DNA of 63,677 nt, counting the filler. It is 6 parts of 6 records of this genome, joined end to end, with 100 filler letters (N's around TTAATTAATTAA, not from the genome) between each part and the next. Parts side by side here need not be neighbours in the genome. Positions count along the whole stretch, not along the records: positions 46,924 to 63,677 come from SRR22947725_1122; 5 more parts are not named here. The stretch is one strand, 5' to 3'. The translations under genes were made by a program, and so were the position numbers. The first letter of the stretch is position 1; each line of letters opens with the position of its first letter. Shown here one piece after another: positions 59,395 through 63,677 of the stretch. The notes under the pieces were generated by a model. It worked only from the letters and a program-made list of their open reading frames with translations. It was not told where the DNA came from and did no database searches.

Positions 59395-59993
59395 TATTTA
59401 TTAATGACATCAATAAAATCCGATACTTCTGCTTGGAGATTAATTAGTAGATGTGATATTTTTTGCTCAAAATATTTATGCATAACAAGACCTGGAACTG
59501 CTATAAAAAGACCAAAGGCTGTTGTTATCAATGCCTGAGATATGCCCTCAGCTAAAACATCCGGATTAGCACCTGTTATCTCTGAGAGGCCAGTAAAAGC
59601 AGCAATCATTCCAACCACTGTACCTAAAAGTCCTAAAAGAGGGCTAATTGTAGCTAAAGTTCCAAGCATAGTAAGATTTCTATCAAGAAGATGTTTGACT
59701 TCTGATGCTTTTTCTTCAATTTTAGACTCAAGATTCTCTCTTGGAAGATTTTTATATTTAATACAATTTATTAGTAAATAACCTAATGATGAAAGTTGTG
59801 AAATCTCTTCTGATTGTCTCTGGCTTAAAAGATCTTTGTTGTAAAGATTAATAATCTGACTTTTCAAACCATTTGGTGAAACAAGTCTTAGCTGAAGAAA
59901 CCAAAGCCTTTCAATAGATATTGAAATAATCAAGACTGAACAGGCAAGAAGTGGCCACATAAAGACACCACCAGCAATAATAAATTCGCTCAT
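59394..59993 (-). CDS. exbB: MotA/TolQ/ExbB proton channel protein
   Basis: GGVFMWPL, SPLLGLLGTVVGMI, GISQALITTAFGL. Confidence 0.88.
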   Translation of the reverse strand: MSEFIIAGGVFMWPLLACSVLIISISIERLWFLQLRLVSPNGLKSQIINLYNKDLLSQRQSEEISQLSSLGYLLINCIKYKNLPRENLESKIEEKASEVKHLLDRNLTMLGTLATISPLLGLLGTVVGMIAAFTGLSEITGANPDVLAEGISQALITTAFGLFIAVPGLVMHKYFEQKISHLLINLQAEVSDFIDVINK

Positions 59994-60661
59994 ATTGAAA
60001 CTAAACCTCTATTATCTAAATAATATTTTCTATTCAAAAGATTAACAAAATCATTATCGTGAGTAGCAACAATTAATGCAATACCATTATCATGAGAAAG
60101 CTCCATTACTAATTTTTGTATATTTGAAGCATTCTTTTTATCTAAGTTCCCAGTTGGCTCATCAAGAAATATGTACTGAGGTTTATTTATCATAGCTCTT
60201 GCAACTGCAACTCGTTGCTTTTCTCCTCCAGAAAGCTTCCATGGTAAATGGTTCAATCTATTGCTGAGACCAATAGATTTTGCTAAATCACGGACTTTCA
60301 TATCTAAATCTAATAAATCACCTTTTAATTGAAGAGGTAAAGCAATATTTTCATAAACCGATAGATCTTCTAATAAGTGATGGTGCTGATAAACAAAACC
60401 AAAATTATTTAATCTTATTTGAGACTTTTGATTGGATGATAGGTTGTCTGTCGTGTCTCCGTTTAGTTCTATGGATCCAGAGGATTGTTTATCTAACAGA
60501 GCAAGTATCTGAAGCAAGGTTGACTTTCCAGACCCTGATTGTCCTGATATAGCTACTGTGTCACCCTTATTTATAGTTAAATTTAACTCATTCAAGACCT
60601 CAATATCATAACCATCGATTGAATAGGTTTTGGAAATATTAATAGCCTTCAAGTTATTCAT
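59990..60661 (-). CDS. lolD: Lipoprotein-releasing ABC transporter ATPase
   Basis: GQSGSGKSTLL, GFVYQHHHLL, LSGGEKQR, DEPTGNLD. Confidence 0.9.
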   Translation of the reverse strand: MNNLKAINISKTYSIDGYDIEVLNELNLTINKGDTVAISGQSGSGKSTLLQILALLDKQSSGSIELNGDTTDNLSSNQKSQIRLNNFGFVYQHHHLLEDLSVYENIALPLQLKGDLLDLDMKVRDLAKSIGLSNRLNHLPWKLSGGEKQRVAVARAMINKPQYIFLDEPTGNLDKKNASNIQKLVMELSHDNGIALIVATHDNDFVNLLNRKYYLDNRGLVSI

Positions 60662-61901
60662 GTCTAAGTATCTCGATGGGATCTAATCTGTTAACCTTAA
60701 GAGCTGGGATTAAAGATGAAAATAGACTGAATATAAATGAAAGTAAGCATATGAAGAAAATTTGATTTAGGTCTAAGTGATATGGAAAATAATTAATAAA
60801 GTATGCATCAAGCATTCCTCGACTAGTTGCTGATTCTAATAAATTCACCAAAGAGTCAAGATTAATTGTAATCAATATACCGAATAATAGTCCTGAAATT
60901 ATGCCTATAGAGCTAACAAGAATACCCTGGTATAAAAATATTTTAACCAGTTGATCATTGCTAGCTCCAATGGTTTTTAGAATACCTATTTCTCGTTCTT
61001 TAGATTTTACAGTCATTATTATTGTTGATAGAACAAGGATTGAAGCAACGCCAATAATAAGAAATAACATCAAACTTATTAGTAATTTTTCAAACTTAAT
61101 AGCTTCAAAAAGAGTTCCATGTGTTGTCTTCCAAGTTACTATTTCAAAATAATTATTATTTAATAGATCTTCGTCAATTGATTTAATTGCATCTCTAGCA
61201 ATAATGTCAGCATTAAATAAATCATCAGTTTTAATTCTTATTGATGATGTTGCATTTTCATCAAACATTTTAATTTTTTGAGCAAGCTTGTGAGATATTA
61301 ATACTAGTGACTGATCTAATTCAGATCTCAGTTCATACATACCAACAACTTTTACTTTAATTGATTGAGGGAATGATCCAATAATTGAAGTTTTGATATC
61401 TGAAGTTGTGATATTTAAGATATCTCCAATGCCAACACCGAGGTGCGCAGCAAGCCAAGTTCCAATGACAATAGAATTAGCTTGCTTTAAGTTGCTTAAA
61501 GATCCCAAGACCATATATTCTGGAAGTATAGAAATAGAGTCTTCAATATCTTCATCTATACCAATAATACTAACACCTCGCCCACCTGAGCTAGTCGACA
61601 CAAGGCCTTGAAGTTCAATATAAGGAGAAGAGCTTTCGATATTATCTAGCTGGTTTATGTTATTTATTAGTAGCTGATATTCACTAATTTTGTTATCTGA
61701 TTTAATTACAGCGTGAGGAACAACACCTAGAATTCTATCCTGTAATTCTCTTTCAAATCCATTCATAACAGACATTACTATAATTAAACTACTCACACCT
61801 ATAGATAAGCCCAAAATAGCTAAAAATGAAGTAAAGGAAAAAATTCCACCCCTATTAGACTTGAAATATCTAAAAGCTAGATTAAGTGAAAGAGACGACA
61901 C
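60654..61901 (-). CDS. Lipoprotein-releasing ABC transporter permease (LolC/E family)
   Basis: SVMNGFERELQDRILGVVPH, EIGILKTIGA, LDPIEILRHE. Confidence 0.9.
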   Translation of the reverse strand: MSSLSLNLAFRYFKSNRGGIFSFTSFLAILGLSIGVSSLIIVMSVMNGFERELQDRILGVVPHAVIKSDNKISEYQLLINNINQLDNIESSSPYIELQGLVSTSSGGRGVSIIGIDEDIEDSISILPEYMVLGSLSNLKQANSIVIGTWLAAHLGVGIGDILNITTSDIKTSIIGSFPQSIKVKVVGMYELRSELDQSLVLISHKLAQKIKMFDENATSSIRIKTDDLFNADIIARDAIKSIDEDLLNNNYFEIVTWKTTHGTLFEAIKFEKLLISLMLFLIIGVASILVLSTIIMTVKSKEREIGILKTIGASNDQLVKIFLYQGILVSSIGIISGLLFGILITINLDSLVNLLESATSRGMLDAYFINYFPYHLDLNQIFFICLLSFIFSLFSSLIPALKVNRLDPIEILRHE

Positions 61902-61911
61902 AATTTATATA

Positions 61912-63345
61912 TTATTTAAGAATTTTCTTTATAAAATTTTCAAAACCTTCTTTATATGGAGGCCTAATCATACCAAAAGCCATATTGTCCATAAAGAAAG
62001 GGACATCTTTAAAAACAGCTCTTGGATTTGAAAAGTTCTTAAAACCATCTTGTGAATGATATCTTCCCATTCCAGAGGGACCGACTCCTCCAAAAGGTAA
62101 ATCTTGTTGCTGGATATGACCAACAACATTATTTATAGTCACACCGCCTGAAGAAGTGTTGTTCAGAACATTTGATTGTTCATTTTTATCATTACCAAAA
62201 TAATATAGCCCTAATGGTCTGTCCTTAGAATTAATTGTATCAATAGCTTCTTTTACCTCTGTATATTCAACAACAGGGAGAACAGGTCCAAATATTTCCT
62301 CGTTCATCACCCTCATATCTTCTGTAGTATTAGTAATTATTGTTGGTGGTATTTTGTAGAATTCTTGCTGATTAAAGTCTTCATTTGCAGGATTAATTTG
62401 GTTAATTGTTGCACCCTTCTCTCTTGCATCATCTATTAGACCATTCAATCTATTGAAATGTCTTTCGTTAATGATTGATGTGTAATCATCATTATTTTTA
62501 ATATCTGGATAGTAATCAGCAACAGCTTTTTCTGCCTCACTTATAAACTCATCTTTCTTGTCTTTATGAACCATGACATAGTCAGGTGCAAGACATATCT
62601 GACCTGCGTTCATAGTCTTACCAAACATGACTCTTTTTGCAGATGCTTTTATATCTGCACTATTGCCTACAACTACTGGTGATTTCCCACCAAGCTCTAG
62701 AGTAACTGGCACAAGATTTTGTGCTGCGGCGTTCATAACATGCTTACCAACATTACCACTACCTGTATAAAGAAGATGATCAAAATTAAGTTTTGAAAAA
62801 GCTTCTCCAGTTTCTGGGCCTCCCAAGAATGTAGCAAACTCATCCTGATCATATGCTTTATCACAAAGCTCCTTCATTAAAGCAGCTGTGGCTGGGGTTA
62901 ATTCACTTGGCTTATGCATAACTTGATTCCCTGCTGCAAAAATAGATGCAAGGGGGCTAAATGCAATATTAACAGGAAAATTCCATGGAGAAATCATACC
63001 TATTGTTCCTAAAGGCTCATATCTAATATAAGATTTTGCACCAAATAAACTAAAGGGTTTATTTGAAGACCTTTTTTCATCTTTAGTCCATTTTTTTATA
63101 TTTGTAATTGCATTCGTTATTTCAGGTAATACTGTATAAACATCTGATAATAAGGATGCATTTTTAGATCTACTTCCAAAATCAGAACTTAAAGCTTCTG
63201 TTAGGCCATATCTATTTTCTACAAGCATTGCTTTAAGTCTATTTAATCTATCAACTCTTAACTCAATAGATGGTGGACCATCTTTAATAAATTTTTTCTT
63301 CTGAAGATTTAAAACATCGTTCATGTTTTCAAATGTACTATTCAT
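61912..63345 (-). CDS. Aldehyde dehydrogenase, coniferyl/fatty-aldehyde (ALDH3-like) family
   Basis: PWNFP, KPSE, TGS, LELGGKSP, NAGQICLAPDY, EEIFGP, PFGGVGPSGMG. Confidence 0.88.
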   Translation of the reverse strand: MNSTFENMNDVLNLQKKKFIKDGPPSIELRVDRLNRLKAMLVENRYGLTEALSSDFGSRSKNASLLSDVYTVLPEITNAITNIKKWTKDEKRSSNKPFSLFGAKSYIRYEPLGTIGMISPWNFPVNIAFSPLASIFAAGNQVMHKPSELTPATAALMKELCDKAYDQDEFATFLGGPETGEAFSKLNFDHLLYTGSGNVGKHVMNAAAQNLVPVTLELGGKSPVVVGNSADIKASAKRVMFGKTMNAGQICLAPDYVMVHKDKKDEFISEAEKAVADYYPDIKNNDDYTSIINERHFNRLNGLIDDAREKGATINQINPANEDFNQQEFYKIPPTIITNTTEDMRVMNEEIFGPVLPVVEYTEVKEAIDTINSKDRPLGLYYFGNDKNEQSNVLNNTSSGGVTINNVVGHIQQQDLPFGGVGPSGMGRYHSQDGFKNFSNPRAVFKDVPFFMDNMAFGMIRPPYKEGFENFIKKILK

Positions 63346-63356
63346 AATTTTTACCT

Positions 63357-63677
63357 CTAAGCCCTATCTGCTTTATCTTTATTATTAGATGACCTTATCA
63401 TAGCTCTCATTTGATCCCAATCTTCGTCACTTAATTTATCTAAATTGGAGAATGTTCCACCTCCAGTTAAATACTGTGCACCATCAATTGCTATTGTTTG
63501 ACCAGTTAAATAATCACAACCATCTGCCATAAGAAAAGTAGCTAGATTTTGTAACTCATTCATTTCCCCAACCCTACCAAGAGGAATATTACCCATAGAG
63601 CTATCATCACCAGCCCCAGGATTAAGTCTCTCCCATGCTCCTTTCGTTGGAAAAGGTCCTGGTGCAATTGCATTTAC
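63357..63677 (-). CDS. SDR oxidoreductase (2,4-dienoyl-CoA reductase-like), C-terminal part; starts beyond the window
   Basis: Manual translation VNAIAPGPFPTKGAWERL..IPLGRVG..ELQNLATFL..GQTIAIDG. Confidence 0.8.
   Translation of the reverse strand, partial: VNAIAPGPFPTKGAWERLNPGAGDDSSMGNIPLGRVGEMNELQNLATFLMADGCDYLTGQTIAIDGAQYLTGGGTFSNLDKLSDEDWDQMRAMIRSSNNKDKADRA

Overview
This window is not one locus. It is six unrelated contigs joined by five artificial 100-bp linkers (44 N + TTAATTAATTAA + 44 N), consistent with a concatenated marine metagenome or bin set. Taxonomy is inferred from gene content and order only. (1) 1-17457, Verrucomicrobiota/Opitutales-like: a large multidomain S8 protease missed by the ORF track, three sulfatases, pyrC, proA, an EF-hand protein, uxaC and tRNA-Cys, then an AT-rich island-like block encoding an outer-membrane barrel and two exported proteins that share an identically spaced Trp/Tyr-rich module; one of them is a frameshifted LRR protein. 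(2) 17558-23797, AT-rich alphaproteobacterium: rluB', rsmD, mutL, DUF3035-like, lspA, ileS'. (3) 23898-30363, SAR86-like gammaproteobacterium: pgk', class I aldolase, LOG protein, tatCBA, ubiB/J/E, frameshifted rsgA. (4) 30464-37600, Flavobacteriia: carA, eno, gltA, two amidinotransferase-fold genes, argS'. (5) 37701-46823, streamlined actinobacterium (Actinomarina-like): tRNAs, tadA, serS, PP2C-pknB-mutY-crgA, glpD. (6) 46924-63677, SAR86-like: ceramidase-like protein, etfAB and ETF-QO, DUF885, and an envelope operon with an in-frame MsbA-LpxK fusion. Most of the window is housekeeping. The best leads are the mobile Trp-rich module in the tRNA-Cys island, the MsbA-LpxK fusion and the domain-in-domain architecture of the S8 protease. 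I saw no CRISPR array, integrase, transposase or recognisable defence system.
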